Of a DNA stretch of 64,000 bases, positions 30,043 to 40,438 are shown piece by piece (the first letter of the stretch is position 1; each line of letters begins with the position of its first letter). The position numbers and the translations under genes are program-made. The DNA lies in assembly GCA_963769435.1 (NCBI GenBank), contig CAVYLN010000001.1, positions 84,522-148,521 of the forward strand, read 5' to 3'. The notes beneath the pieces are model-generated. The model worked only from the letters and a program-made list of their open reading frames with translations, ran no database searches and was not told the DNA's origin. The DNA comes from an uncultured Actinomycetota bacterium (GTDB lineage Bacteria > Actinomycetota > Actinomycetes > S36-B12 > UBA10799).

Positions 30043-30058
30043 ATGAACGCATGTTCGA
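30043..30058. promoter_or_regulatory. SOS box 2 ATGAACGCATGTTCGA
   Basis: GAAC-N4-GTTC core, directly abutting box 1. Confidence 0.7.
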
Positions 30059-30094
30059 TGTCTACCCCATGGGTGCGACACGTTTTCCACGGAA

Positions 30095-30110
30095 TCGAAC
30101 ACATGTTTGA
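30095..30110. promoter_or_regulatory. SOS box 3 TCGAACACATGTTTGA
   Basis: The GAAC-N4-GTTT core has one mismatch. It lies 53 nt upstream of the lexA ATG. Confidence 0.6.
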
Positions 30111-30162
30111 GTTGCGGCGCGATTCTCGGTATGGTGAGCCCACATCGATCTGGGAGGACAGC

Positions 30163-30885
30163 ATGGCGACGTCGACATCATCATCGGCCGGAACGCACGA
30201 GCCACGAGGCGGATCGGCATCCGGTGAAGTGGTCGAACTGCCCGACACCGCGCCCGGCAGGGACGGCCTGACCGAGCGGCAGCGGATCATCCTCAACGAG
30301 ATCCGGCGGACCGTAGCGGCCCGCGGCTATCCCCCGTCGGTGCGTGAGATCGGTGAGGTGGTCGGTCTCACCAGCCCCTCGAGCGTCAACTACCAACTCA
30401 AGGCCCTTGAGCGCAAGGGCTACATCAGGCGCGATCCGCACCGCCCGCGCGCCCTCGAGGTCCTTCTGCCCGACGAGTTGGACGCCACGGACAGCGGCGA
30501 CGACCGACCAACTCCGCGGTACGTGCCATTGGTCGGGCGGATCGCGGCCGGGGGTCCGATCCTGGCCGAGGAGGCGGTCGAGACGGTCTTCCCGCTCCCG
30601 GCCGAGTTGGTCGGCGACGGCGAACTGTTCCTCCTGAACGTGGTCGGCGAGTCCATGGTGGAGGCTGCCATCTGTGACGGTGACTGGGTTGTGGTGCGCC
30701 GCCAGCCCGATGCGAACAACGGCGACATCGTTGCGGCCCTGCTCGACGACGAGGCGACCGTCAAGACCTTCAAGCGCAAGGACGGGCACGTCTGGCTGCT
30801 GCCCCACAACCCCGCCTTCGAGCCCATCGATGGCGATCACTGCCAGATCCTGGGCGTCGTGGTGGCCGTCCTGCGACGGGTCTAG
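30163..30885 (+). CDS. lexA: LexA repressor
   Basis: ATG at 30163 preceded by GGGAGG, within ORF 30043..30885. wHTH region [25 protein letters not shown], cleavage site AAG in [13 protein letters not shown], catalytic Ser in VVGESM and catalytic Lys in VKTFKR. Confidence 0.93.
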   Translation: MATSTSSSAGTHEPRGGSASGEVVELPDTAPGRDGLTERQRIILNEIRRTVAARGYPPSVREIGEVVGLTSPSSVNYQLKALERKGYIRRDPHRPRALEVLLPDELDATDSGDDRPTPRYVPLVGRIAAGGPILAEEAVETVFPLPAELVGDGELFLLNVVGESMVEAAICDGDWVVVRRQPDANNGDIVAALLDDEATVKTFKRKDGHVWLLPHNPAFEPIDGDHCQILGVVVAVLRRV

Positions 30886-32786
30886 CGGTAGGACGCGTCA
30901 AGTCGCGCCAAAGCCTCCCGCACCTTCACAAGGTCGGTCATGAACGTGAACGGGGGCAGACTGCGTCTCAGGTAGCCCCCGTAGCGACGATTGGCGAGCC
31001 GGCTGTCCAGGATCGCCACGACACCCCGATCGCTGTCCGTGCGGATGAGGCGGCCTGCGCCCTGGGCCAGGGTGACAGCGGCCTGGGGCAGTGACACCTG
31101 CATCCAGCCCGAACCCCCGTGTGCGTCGATCGCCGCCTGCCGAGCGCTGACCACGGGGTCACTGGGCGGCGGGAACGGGAGTTTGTCGATGACGACGAGC
31201 GTGCACGAGTCCCCAGGCACGTCCACGCCCTGCCATAGGCCCAGCGTCCCGACGAGCACGCTGTCCGCCCTTTCCGAGAAGGCACGTATCAGCCCGGCGG
31301 TCGGTTCCGACTTCCGCTGCACCAGCACATCGCCGGGGGCGATCGCCTCCAACGCTGTGGCCATGGCCTCAACCCCGGCCCACGACGCCATCAGGACCAA
31401 CGCCCGTCCCCCGGCCGCCTGGACCAGCTCCGCGGCCATGCCCAGGGCTTGTGGCGTCGGCCAGTCCGGGCCCGGTGGCGCCAGTCGGTCGGGCACGAAC
31501 AGAATGGCCTGCGATTCGTAGTCGAACGGACTTCCCACGTCCTCCGAGACCCATTGCCCGGGCGCAAGCCCCAACTGTTCGGCGACCGTAGTGAACGACC
31601 CACCGAGTTGCAGCGTTGCCGACGTGAACACCGCTGCACGCTCGCCGATGATGCCCTCCCGCACCACCCCCGAGACGTCCAGCGGAAGGACCACCAGCCG
31701 GTCCCGTCTGCGCCACATCACCCTCGTCTCATCGACCGAGAGCAGTTCCCCCGCCGCAGTGTTCACATCCTCGACGGCCGCCAATGCCCGTTGTCGCGCT
31801 GACGGGTCGGTCTCGGATGCTCGCCGCAGGGAGGCCGAGGCGATTCCACAGGCCTCCCGGACCGTGACGAGCACCTGTCCGACCGCGTCGGCCAAGATGG
31901 CGAGTCTGCGACCTTCGGGCGCGTCCCACACCAACAGGGCGTTCTCGAACGCGTCGGCGGCGTCCTGCAGTCGTTCTGCCTCCTCGGCCGATCCTGCCGC
32001 TTTCGTGCGACGCGCCGCACGATGGATGGATTCCACCGTCAACTCGTTGGTCGCCGCCCGCTGCAGCGCGGACGGCACGGCGTGCGCCTCATCGACGATG
32101 ACCAAGTCGTGTTCGCCGATGATGCCGTCCTGGACCGCATTCAGCGCCAGCAGGGTGTGGTTCGTGATGACGATGTCGGAATTGCGCGCCCGGGCGATCG
32201 CCTTCTCCGCCCAGCACTCCTCGACGAATGCGCACCCCGACCCCCTGGCGCATTCCTGGGACGTCACGGAGAACGCCGACCAGACCAGTCCCGAGACGTC
32301 CTGGAGTTCGTCGCGGTCGCCTGAGTCGGTCGTCTGTGACCACTGCGTGACTCGCGCCGCCTGCTCCTCGAGCGCCGTACGATCCAGCGTCTGTTGGTCC
32401 GGATCCTCCACCCCCGACACTCGGGCCAGACACAGGTAGTTGCTGCGCCCCTTCAGCGTCGAGAAGCTCAGTTGTCGCGGCAGGTCGTCGGCGAGAGCGT
32501 CGAGCATCCGTGGCAGGTCCCGCTCGACGAGTTGATGCTGCAGCGCCAGAGTCGCCGTCGCGACGACCACGCGGGATTCCCCCTGGTTCACGTGCGCAGC
32601 GTGACTCACGGCCGGCAGGAGGTAGCCCACCGATTTCCCCGTTCCGGTGCCGGCCTGGATCAGCACCGTCGACCGTTTCTCGATCGCCTCGTCGACGAGT
32701 GCGACCATGCGGCGCTGTCCGGGCCGATCCGATCCGTTGAGGTCGGCGACGACCACGTCCAGATAGTGCGGCGGGGTGGGTTTCAC
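30882..32786 (-). CDS. dinG: DinG/Rad3-like ATP-dependent DNA helicase
   Basis: 634-aa ORF with Walker [13 protein letters not shown] and DEAH box LVIVDEAHA. It is convergent with lexA, and the two stops share the palindrome CTAG (30882-30885). Confidence 0.8.
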   Translation of the reverse strand: MKPTPPHYLDVVVADLNGSDRPGQRRMVALVDEAIEKRSTVLIQAGTGTGKSVGYLLPAVSHAAHVNQGESRVVVATATLALQHQLVERDLPRMLDALADDLPRQLSFSTLKGRSNYLCLARVSGVEDPDQQTLDRTALEEQAARVTQWSQTTDSGDRDELQDVSGLVWSAFSVTSQECARGSGCAFVEECWAEKAIARARNSDIVITNHTLLALNAVQDGIIGEHDLVIVDEAHAVPSALQRAATNELTVESIHRAARRTKAAGSAEEAERLQDAADAFENALLVWDAPEGRRLAILADAVGQVLVTVREACGIASASLRRASETDPSARQRALAAVEDVNTAAGELLSVDETRVMWRRRDRLVVLPLDVSGVVREGIIGERAAVFTSATLQLGGSFTTVAEQLGLAPGQWVSEDVGSPFDYESQAILFVPDRLAPPGPDWPTPQALGMAAELVQAAGGRALVLMASWAGVEAMATALEAIAPGDVLVQRKSEPTAGLIRAFSERADSVLVGTLGLWQGVDVPGDSCTLVVIDKLPFPPPSDPVVSARQAAIDAHGGSGWMQVSLPQAAVTLAQGAGRLIRTDSDRGVVAILDSRLANRRYGGYLRRSLPPFTFMTDLVKVREALARLDASYR

Positions 32787-32912
32787 GACTCGATTCTGGC
32801 AGCCCTACCCGCCGACCGGACCCCCGCCGCGAGTGCTGTGGGTCCTAGTGACCAATCCGGAGGGCTCGGCCACCGCGATCGTGCGCCTTGGGCCAGGCTC
32901 GGTCCCGACGCG

Positions 32913-34283
32913 CTACTCCCCCGGATCAGCCTCAACGGCCCCCTCGATCGCTGCCGCGAGATCGGCCGGTACCAGCGCCTGCACGTGGGTTCCCCGCGCC
33001 CGGTGCTCGACCGACACCTGCGTCCCGGCGGCGTAGACCCGGGACACCAGATCACCACGGTCGAACGGAACCACCGCATCGATGTTGACCCGGGGATCGG
33101 GTAGCAAGTCATCGAGGCGCGCCAGGAAGGCGTCCATGCCCTGACCGTCGCGCGCAGAGATCTCGAGGGATTCGGGTAGTTCCCTCCGGATGGCCGCCAA
33201 CGTGTCCGGATCAGCGATGTCCGACTTGTTCACGACGACCAACTCGGCGGCATGAACATCCCGGGAATCCCGCATCGCCTCCCGCACAGCCTGCAACTGC
33301 CCGAACGGATCGGTGTCCGTGCCATCGAGCACAACCACCACCAGGTCCGCCGCGCCGACTTCCTCCAACGTCGATCTGAACGCCTCCACGAGTTCGTGCG
33401 GGAGGTGTCTGACGAAACCCACGGTGTCGGTCACGGTGAACCGCCTGCCGGACGCGGTGCGGCCGCGGCGCACGGTCGGGTCCAGGGTCGCGAACAGCGC
33501 ATCGTCGACCAGCAGGCCCGCACCCGTGATGCGGTTCAGGAGGCTCGACTTTCCCGCGTTCGTGTAGCCCGCCAGGACGATCGACGGCTCATCGGAGTCG
33601 CGACGACGGGCGGACTTCGACGACCGGACCCGGTCCAGGGCCCGGAGTTGGCGACGCAACCGGGTCATCTGCGCTCGGATGCGCCGCCGGTCGGTCTCGA
33701 TCTTGGTCTCGCCCGGGCCCCTGGTGCCGATCCCGGCACCCTGCTGGCTCAGCGCCTCGCCCCACCCACGCAGGCGCGGCAACATGTACTCCATCTGCGC
33801 CAGCGCCACCTGCGCCTTGCCCTCCTTGCTGCGGGCGTGCTGGGCGAAGATGTCCAGGATCAGCCAGGTTCTATCCACCACCTTGACCTGCACCACGGCC
33901 TCGAGTTTGCGCAGTTGACCCGGCGTGAGCTCACCATCGCAGATGACGGTGTCGGCGCCGGTCGCACTCACGATGTCGCGCAGTTCCTTCGCCTTGCCAG
34001 ACCCGACATAGGTGGCCGGGTCGGGAACGGACCTGCGCTGAACCACTCCCTCAAGGACGACTGAACCGGCCGTCTGCGCCAGGCGCGCCAACTCCTGCAA
34101 CGACCGCGCCGCGTCCTGCGCGCTCCCGTGCGTCCAGACCCCGACCAGCACGACCTGTTCGAGCCGCACCTGGCGGTACTCGACCTCGTGGATGTCCTCG
34201 AGTTCAGTGGACAGACCAGGTACCCGGCGCAACGCCTCCCGGTCGGACAGTTGCTCCTCGATCCGGGCGTCCGCCTCAGGCAT
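32913..34283 (-). CDS. hflX: GTPase HflX
   Basis: G1 GYTNAGKSSLLN, G3 DTVGF, G4 NKSD; the N-terminal HflX domain pattern is present. Confidence 0.9.
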   Translation of the reverse strand: MPEADARIEEQLSDREALRRVPGLSTELEDIHEVEYRQVRLEQVVLVGVWTHGSAQDAARSLQELARLAQTAGSVVLEGVVQRRSVPDPATYVGSGKAKELRDIVSATGADTVICDGELTPGQLRKLEAVVQVKVVDRTWLILDIFAQHARSKEGKAQVALAQMEYMLPRLRGWGEALSQQGAGIGTRGPGETKIETDRRRIRAQMTRLRRQLRALDRVRSSKSARRRDSDEPSIVLAGYTNAGKSSLLNRITGAGLLVDDALFATLDPTVRRGRTASGRRFTVTDTVGFVRHLPHELVEAFRSTLEEVGAADLVVVVLDGTDTDPFGQLQAVREAMRDSRDVHAAELVVVNKSDIADPDTLAAIRRELPESLEISARDGQGMDAFLARLDDLLPDPRVNIDAVVPFDRGDLVSRVYAAGTQVSVEHRARGTHVQALVPADLAAAIEGAVEADPGE

Positions 34284-35100
34284 GGAACACCTCCGACAAC
34301 CTGGGCGACAGATGACCCTCGGCGACGAGTTCGGCCGGCCCAGTCAACACCAGCGTGGCCTGCGCCGTACGTTCCACGTGCACGGTTCCCCCGGGCACGT
34401 CCACCCGAATCCTGGCGGGGCCGACCACACCCGCACGTTCGAAGGCGCGGTCAGCGACCGCGCACACCCCGGTGCCACAGGACAGCGTTTCGCCCACACC
34501 TCTCTCATGGACCCGCATCCGCACAAGACGCCCCGGTTCCACAACGTTCACGAACTCCACATTCACACCATCCTTGAACGCTTGCGACTCCACCACCGGT
34601 GGGTCCTGCAGGGAGCCGGGCTGTTCCAGATCGTCCACGAAAACCACCGCGTGCGGGTTGGGCATGAAGACAGCCTCCGCGTCCCAACGGTGGGTGTTGC
34701 TGCTCACCGTCACCGGGGTATCCACCACCTGTGGCACACCCATGTCGATACTGATCCCCCCATCACCGATTCGTACCAGCCGATCTCCCCCGCGGGTCCC
34801 GATGGTGAATTCCTCGTCATCGACCCAGCCCCGTGCGCGCAGCAGGGCGGCGAACACCCGTGCGCCGTTGCCACACATCTCCCCGATCGAGCCGTCAGCA
34901 TTGTGGTAGTCCATGAACCACGTCCGGGACCCCGCCGGCCTCACCACCCGGATCAGCCCGTCGCCGCCGATCCCGAAACGCCGGTCGCAGACAGCTCGCA
35001 CCCCTGGGGGTGTGACGACAAGACGATCCTCCGGATCAGGGATCAACACGAAATCGTTGCCCGTTCCGTGTCCCTTGGTGAACTCCACCGGTGTGGTCAT
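34276..35100 (-). CDS. dapF: diaminopimelate epimerase
   Basis: ATG at 35100 within ORF 34276..35442. GHGTGNDFVLI and catalytic Cys motifs GEMCGNG and LSCGTG. Confidence 0.9.
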   Translation of the reverse strand: MTTPVEFTKGHGTGNDFVLIPDPEDRLVVTPPGVRAVCDRRFGIGGDGLIRVVRPAGSRTWFMDYHNADGSIGEMCGNGARVFAALLRARGWVDDEEFTIGTRGGDRLVRIGDGGISIDMGVPQVVDTPVTVSSNTHRWDAEAVFMPNPHAVVFVDDLEQPGSLQDPPVVESQAFKDGVNVEFVNVVEPGRLVRMRVHERGVGETLSCGTGVCAVADRAFERAGVVGPARIRVDVPGGTVHVERTAQATLVLTGPAELVAEGHLSPRLSEVFHA

Positions 35101-35999
35101 GTCCCTAGGGTGCCAAGGATCTCGGTGATCTGCGACGGGGTATCCACCCACCGCACCCGCGGATCCCGCCGGAACCATGTGCGCTGGCGCCTGGCGAGTC
35201 GGCGGGTGGCGACGACTGTGGGCTCTTTCGCGGCATCCGGATCCGTCCCCGAGACCAGAGCTTCGAGGATCTGCCGGTAGCCCACGGCACGAGAAGCCGT
35301 GCGTGCTGACTCCAGGGCGGGCCGAAGTGCTCTCACTTCGTCCACGAAACCCGCGGCCCACATGGACTCCACCCGCGCGGTGATCGCAGCATCCACCACG
35401 TCTCGACCCGGATCCCACCCGATCCGGACCGCGTCGATCCACGGGCGGGCCCCGGCCATAGTGGCCGCGAATGGTGCGCCCGTCATCTCGTTGACCTCCA
35501 GCGCTCGCACGATGCGTCGACCGTTGCTGGGCAGGATCTGGGCGGCCGCGGCCGGATCGACCTCCTGGAGTCGGGCGTGCAGCGCGGCGGGACCACGGTC
35601 GGCCAGTTCCGCCTCCAGTCGCGTGCGCAGTTGGGGATCTGTGCCCGGGAACTGAAGATCGTCGAGGACCGCCTGCACGTAGAGACCCGACCCACCGGTG
35701 AGCAACGCGGTGGTACCACGACCAGCGATCTCCGAGATCACCTCCCGGGCTGCGGTCTGGTACCAGGCGACGTCCACCGACTCACTGACCTCGTGTGTGT
35801 CGATCAGGTGGTGTGGCACGAGACGTCGGTCCGACGCGGAAGGTTTGGCAGTGCCGATGTCCATGCCGCGATAAAGGCAGAAGGCGTCCGCGTTGACGAT
35901 CTCCATGCGGTAGCGCGACGCCAGCTCCATCGCCAGCGCCGACTTCCCGGACGCGGTCGGTCCCACCAGGGCAACCACGTGGCCGTCAGCGTTCGACAC
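35097..35999 (-). CDS. miaA: tRNA dimethylallyltransferase
   Basis: P-loop GPTASGKSALA. The likely start is the GTG at 35999. The stop overlaps the dapF ATG (ATGA at 35097-35100). Confidence 0.88.
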   Translation of the reverse strand: MSNADGHVVALVGPTASGKSALAMELASRYRMEIVNADAFCLYRGMDIGTAKPSASDRRLVPHHLIDTHEVSESVDVAWYQTAAREVISEIAGRGTTALLTGGSGLYVQAVLDDLQFPGTDPQLRTRLEAELADRGPAALHARLQEVDPAAAAQILPSNGRRIVRALEVNEMTGAPFAATMAGARPWIDAVRIGWDPGRDVVDAAITARVESMWAAGFVDEVRALRPALESARTASRAVGYRQILEALVSGTDPDAAKEPTVVATRRLARRQRTWFRRDPRVRWVDTPSQITEILGTLGT

Positions 36000-36057
36000 C
36001 CCTCGATTGTGATCCCTATCCTGGGAGCCCGGAGCGGGCGGTAGGCGAGGAGAGACT

Positions 36058-36357
36058 GTGAGCACGTTCGATGAGCTGAAGAAAAAGGCCGACGAACTGG
36101 TCGACAAGGCAAAGACCACCGTCGGGGACGTGGCCGATCAGAGCGGCGACCGGGTCGCGGGCGTGGTCGACAAGGTCACGGACACGGTGGATGACAAAAC
36201 GGGCGGCACCGCATCCGCGATGACCGCAAAAGTCGACGAAGCTGTGGCCGGCGCCCTGGACCTGGCCCAGAACGCCACCACCACAGTGACCCAGAAAGCG
36301 TCGGAGGCGACCAACGCGGCCAAGAACGCGGTCAAGCGGACATCGGACGACACCTGA
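36058..36357 (+). CDS. small hydrophilic protein (MT0933/Rv0909-like, CsbD-like)
   Basis: 99-aa ORF with a GTG start. The segment DKVTDTVDDKTGGTASAMTAKVDEAV resembles the D-x-KTGGK core of the MT0933-like family as I recall it. Confidence 0.55.
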   Translation: MSTFDELKKKADELVDKAKTTVGDVADQSGDRVAGVVDKVTDTVDDKTGGTASAMTAKVDEAVAGALDLAQNATTTVTQKASEATNAAKNAVKRTSDDT

Positions 36358-36989
36358 ACGCCACGCGGATCGTCTTCCTGCCGATCACACCTGCATTGAT
36401 TCCCGAGATCGCCGGCGGAACGGCGGCCGAACTCGACGCTCTTCGCGCAACTGCACGGCAGGCCACCGATTGGGCATGCGCGGATGCTGTCTCGGTGGGC
36501 GTGCTTGTGCCCGGGACGGCACCTACCACCGGTCCGCAGTGGTCGTTGCAGGGTTACGGGATCACGGTCGGTGATGGCCCTCCCGTGCCCCTTGCGGTGG
36601 GTGTGGCTCGGTGGCTGTTGGACGGTCGACCCGCCGACGTGCACGGTTCCGATACCGACACGGCAGGCCTGCGCGGGCACGATGCGCTGCTCGTGATGGG
36701 CGACGGAAGCGCGAGCCGCACGGACAAATCCCCTGGGCACTTGCATCCAGGCGCACTCGACTTCGACGCGCGGGTTCTGAGCGCTATCGACGACGGCGAT
36801 GCCAAGGCGCTGGCCGATCTGGATCTATCCCAGGCCGCGGACGTCCTCGCTGCCGGGGCGCCAGCCTGGCAATGCTTGGGGCGAGCAGTGGGACAGGTTT
36901 CGTCCAGCGCGGTTGAGTTTCGGGACGATCGCTACGGGGTGCTCTACTTCGTCGCTAGGTGGACCGCAGCGTGGGCAGTCCCAGCATGA
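36354..36989 (+). CDS. conserved hypothetical protein (class III extradiol dioxygenase subunit B-like fold suspected)
   Basis: The ORF track starts at the TTG at 36396, but the frame is open upstream and reads ..[18 protein letters not shown].., which looks like the true N-terminus. The only candidate initiator is the CTG at 36354, overlapping the upstream TGA. The family call is from memory of neighbours between miaA and miaB. Confidence 0.45.
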   Translation: MNATRIVFLPITPALIPEIAGGTAAELDALRATARQATDWACADAVSVGVLVPGTAPTTGPQWSLQGYGITVGDGPPVPLAVGVARWLLDGRPADVHGSDTDTAGLRGHDALLVMGDGSASRTDKSPGHLHPGALDFDARVLSAIDDGDAKALADLDLSQAADVLAAGAPAWQCLGRAVGQVSSSAVEFRDDRYGVLYFVARWTAAWAVPA

Positions 36990-38400
36990 CTCCGGCCGGC
37001 GCGGGTGCAGTCGCCGCGGCGTGAGCATCCCCACCCCGCGTACGCTCGACAGCGATCACCCCAGAATCGGCCACCAGGTGGTGTGGGGCGGCGTAGGTGA
37101 TCCGCGTGCTCACGATGTCGCCGGGTCGCGCCGGTTCCCCGTCATCGGGGCCGGATGAAGGCCGATCCAGGAAGTGCACCAGACGCCCGTCCGCCGCACG
37201 TCCCGTACGGCGCGAAGTCGCGTCGTCCTTGCGCCCCTCGCCGACCGAGACCAGCACCTCGACCTGTGTGCCCACCAGGGCCTTGTTCTGCTCCCACGCC
37301 AACGAATCGACCGCCTTCACAAGGCGCTCGTAGCGTTCCCGCACGACGTCCGCGGGCACCTGATCCGGATAGCCTGCGGCGGGAGTACCTGGCCGCGGGG
37401 AGTACTGGAAGGTGAACGCACCGGCGAACCGCGACTGTTCCACCACGTCGAGGGTGGCCTGGAAATCCTCTTCTGTCTCCCCGGGGAATCCGACGATGAT
37501 GTCGGTCGTGATGGCAGCCTCCGGCATGGCCGCGCGAACCCGGTCCAGAATGCCCAGGTATCGCTGCGCCCGGTAACTCCTGCGCATCCGGCGCAGCACG
37601 TCGTCGCTGCCCGACTGCAGCGGCATGTGCAACTGCGGCATCACATTGGGGGTCCGCGCCATCGCGTCGATGACGTCGTCGGTGAAATCGCGGGGGTGGG
37701 GGCTGGTGAAACGCACGCGGTGGAGGCCGTCGATCTCCCCGCACGCTCGAAGCAGATCGGCGAAGCCATGCCGGCCGCCGTAGCGGTAGGCATTGACGTT
37801 CTGCCCCAGCAGCGTGACTTCGACGACTCCATCGGACACCAGATCCCGTACCTCGGCCAGGATCTCCTCGGGGGATCGGTCCTGTTCCGTGCCCCGCAAC
37901 GACGGCACGATGCAGAAGGTGCACGTGTTGTTGCAGCCGACACTGATCGCCACCCAACCGCTGAACGCCGACTCGCGCCGGCTCGGGAGGTTGGAGGGAA
38001 ATGCATCGAGCTGCTCGAGAATCTCCACCTGCGCCTCATTGCGGACCTTCGCCCTGTCCAGCAGTGAGGGCAACGAGCCCAGGTTGTGCGTCCCGAAGAC
38101 GACATCCACCCACGGGGCCCTCTCGACGATGGTCTCCCGATCCTTCTGTGCCAGACAGCCACCCACGGCGATCTGCAGGTCGGGGTTACGGGTCTTCAAC
38201 GGCCGCAGGTGCCCGAGATTGCCGTACAGGCGGTTGTCGGCGTTTTCCCGCACCGCACAGGTGTTGAACACGATCAGATCCGGAGTCTCGCCGGTCGGCA
38301 CCGCGTCGTAGCCGGCGTCCTCGAGCAGCCCTGCCAGACGTTCCGAGTCATGGACATTCATCTGGCAGCCGTAGGTGCGGACTTCATAGGTGCGGGACAT
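36955..38400 (-). CDS. miaB: tRNA-i6A37 methylthiotransferase
   Basis: [12 protein letters not shown]-terminal cluster, radical-SAM [11 protein letters not shown], and a TRAM-like C-terminus. Confidence 0.92.
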   Translation of the reverse strand: MSRTYEVRTYGCQMNVHDSERLAGLLEDAGYDAVPTGETPDLIVFNTCAVRENADNRLYGNLGHLRPLKTRNPDLQIAVGGCLAQKDRETIVERAPWVDVVFGTHNLGSLPSLLDRAKVRNEAQVEILEQLDAFPSNLPSRRESAFSGWVAISVGCNNTCTFCIVPSLRGTEQDRSPEEILAEVRDLVSDGVVEVTLLGQNVNAYRYGGRHGFADLLRACGEIDGLHRVRFTSPHPRDFTDDVIDAMARTPNVMPQLHMPLQSGSDDVLRRMRRSYRAQRYLGILDRVRAAMPEAAITTDIIVGFPGETEEDFQATLDVVEQSRFAGAFTFQYSPRPGTPAAGYPDQVPADVVRERYERLVKAVDSLAWEQNKALVGTQVEVLVSVGEGRKDDATSRRTGRAADGRLVHFLDRPSSGPDDGEPARPGDIVSTRITYAAPHHLVADSGVIAVERTRGGDAHAAATAPAPAGVMLGLPTLRST

Positions 38401-38421
38401 GATCTACCCAGGGTACGTTCG

Positions 38422-38937
38422 CTAGTGGTCGGCGCCGGCCACCGGATCGCAGACCTCGTCCACGGCGACTTTCAGAATCTCGTGAGCCGCCTGTGCCGAG
38501 TGTCCCCGCCGCATCAGGTAGGCGAGCAGTCTGCGTTCGTCCTTGATCGACAACGGCAGTTCACATCGGGCAACACGACCCCGGACCTGGCGTACCGCTG
38601 CCTGTTGCGTGTCCTCGATATCGATCTGCTCCAGTACCTCCGCGATGATCTCGTCTGGCACTTTTCGCATCCGCAGCTCGCGGCGCAACGAACTCACGCC
38701 CAGCCCACGGGAGCGTATTCGAGACTCCACCCACAACTTGGCGTACGCCCGGTCGTCGAGCAATCCGACCTCTACGTACCGACCAACGAGTTCATCGGCC
38801 ACCTCCTGCGGGATGCCCCGATCACACAACCTGTCACGCAGTTCGCTCACCGTTCGGGGCTTCACCTCGAGCAGGCGCAAGGCGATCAGTCGCCCGACCT
38901 CGTAGGGGTCGGACGCTGGCTCCTCGGAAGCCGTCAC
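38422..38937 (-). CDS. recX: recombination regulator RecX
   Basis: 171-aa helical-repeat protein immediately downstream of recA. Its GTG start overlaps the recA TGA (GTGA at 38934-38937). Confidence 0.85.
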   Translation of the reverse strand: MTASEEPASDPYEVGRLIALRLLEVKPRTVSELRDRLCDRGIPQEVADELVGRYVEVGLLDDRAYAKLWVESRIRSRGLGVSSLRRELRMRKVPDEIIAEVLEQIDIEDTQQAAVRQVRGRVARCELPLSIKDERRLLAYLMRRGHSAQAAHEILKVAVDEVCDPVAGADH

Positions 38938-40016
38938 AGATCCAGCGGGCCGGGCTCGGGAATCCCGGTCAGGTCGACGGTCTCGTCGGCGGGGGCATCG
39001 AGTCTGGCGCCGATCCCCAACTTCTCCTTGAGGCGCTTCTCCAACTCGTCGGTGAGGTCGGGGTTGTCTAGCAGGAAAGCCCGCGCATTCTCCTTACCCT
39101 GCCCGAGCTGATCACCCTCGTAGGTGTACCAAGCCCCCGACTTGCGGACCAGTCCCTGCTCCACTCCGACATCGATCAGCCCACCCTCGCGTGAGATTCC
39201 GGTCCCGTAGAGGATGTCGAACTCGGCCTGCTTGAACGGCGGGGCCACCTTGTTCTTGACCACCTTGACCCGGGTGCGGTTTCCGACCGGGTCCGTGCCG
39301 TCCTTGAGCGTCTCGATCCGACGGACGTCGAGGCGGATTGAGGAGTAGAACTTGAGGGCGCGGCCACCGGTCGTGGTCTCCGGCGAACCGAACATCACGC
39401 CGATCTTCTCGCGCAACTGGTTGATGAAGATGGCCGTGGTACCGGTCCCCTTGAGGGCACCGGTCATCTTCCGCAAGGCCTGACTCATCAGTCGGGCCTG
39501 TAGGCCGACATGGCTGTCGCCCATCTCGCCCTCGATCTCGGCACGTGGCACCAGGGCGGCCACCGAGTCGATCACGATGATGTCGATCGCGCTCGAGCGC
39601 ACCAGCATGTCCGCGATCTCCAGCGCCTGCTCCCCGGTGTCCGGCTGGCTGACCAGCAGAGCATCGATGTCGACGCCAAGCCGAGCGGCATACTCGGGAT
39701 CGAGAGCGTGTTCGGCATCGATGAACGCCGCGATCCCGCCGGCCTTCTGTGCGCTGGCTATCGCATGCAGCGCGACGGTCGTCTTACCGCTGGACTCCGG
39801 GCCATAGATCTCCACGACCCTGCCGCGGGGCAGACCTCCGATACCCAGGGCCAGGTCCAGGGTGATCGCCCCTGTGGGGATCACCTCGATCGGCACCCTG
39901 CCCTCGTCGCCGAGTCGCATGACCGACCCCTTGCCGAACTGTTTGTCGATCTGCGCAATGGCCTGTTCCAACGCCTTGTCGCGTTCGGGGGCCTTCTTGT
40001 TCGTCACCTGAGCCAT
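38934..40016 (-). CDS. recA: recombinase RecA
   Basis: [13 protein letters not shown] Walker [11 protein letters not shown], and the [11 protein letters not shown] loop region. Confidence 0.96.
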   Translation of the reverse strand: MAQVTNKKAPERDKALEQAIAQIDKQFGKGSVMRLGDEGRVPIEVIPTGAITLDLALGIGGLPRGRVVEIYGPESSGKTTVALHAIASAQKAGGIAAFIDAEHALDPEYAARLGVDIDALLVSQPDTGEQALEIADMLVRSSAIDIIVIDSVAALVPRAEIEGEMGDSHVGLQARLMSQALRKMTGALKGTGTTAIFINQLREKIGVMFGSPETTTGGRALKFYSSIRLDVRRIETLKDGTDPVGNRTRVKVVKNKVAPPFKQAEFDILYGTGISREGGLIDVGVEQGLVRKSGAWYTYEGDQLGQGKENARAFLLDNPDLTDELEKRLKEKLGIGARLDAPADETVDLTGIPEPGPLDL

Positions 40017-40119
40017 GGGGCGATCCTTCCCGATCTGTGCCGCTTCTCACGACGTGTCGACGCTACCGAGGCGGTACGACATAGTGGCGCTGACGCATCC
40101 AACCTGTGGATCAACACTA

Positions 40120-40135
40120 CCGAACGAGTGTTCGA
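40120..40135. promoter_or_regulatory. SOS box upstream of recA (CCGAACGAGTGTTCGA)
   Basis: CGAAC-N4-GTTCG perfect palindromic core, 104-119 nt upstream of the recA start. Confidence 0.7.
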
Positions 40136-40157
40136 TGTGGAAGCCGACACGCCAGTT

Positions 40158-40352
40158 TCATCGGTAGGTCGCAGGCAGTTCCAAGGTGGCTACTACCGCG
40201 CGCCACACCGCCTTCGCGTCCTCACCGTCGCGCAGGGCCTGATCCACCGTTCGCCCACCGAGGTTCGACAGCACGTGGTCCTTGGACCAAGAGGCGTAGT
40301 AGTCCGGACCCAGGACCTGCTCCATCCGCTGCCAGAAGTCGGTGAGTCGCAC
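40158..40352 (-). CDS. DUF3046 domain protein
   Basis: The C-terminal 64 aa of ORF 40158..40850, from the GTG at 40352: VRLTDFWQRMEQVLGPDYYASWSKDHVLSNLGGRTVDQAL... This is the conserved small protein found upstream of recA in actinobacteria. Confidence 0.7.
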   Translation of the reverse strand: MRLTDFWQRMEQVLGPDYYASWSKDHVLSNLGGRTVDQALRDGEDAKAVWRAVVATLELPATYR

Positions 40353-40438
40353 GACCTCAGTGTGACATCCCGGCACGACGGTGCGATCCGCTGCGCCGAC
40401 CTCACGATCCAACACTCGCGGGCAGGCACAATGGCCCT

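Noticed and set aside
30059-30081. Partial RecA-independent (PafBC-type) promoter motif upstream of the LysM gene (minus strand TGTCGCAC-N8-TAGACA)
   Set aside because: Only the TGTCG core matches. The following GTG and the final T of the TAnnnT -10 element are absent.
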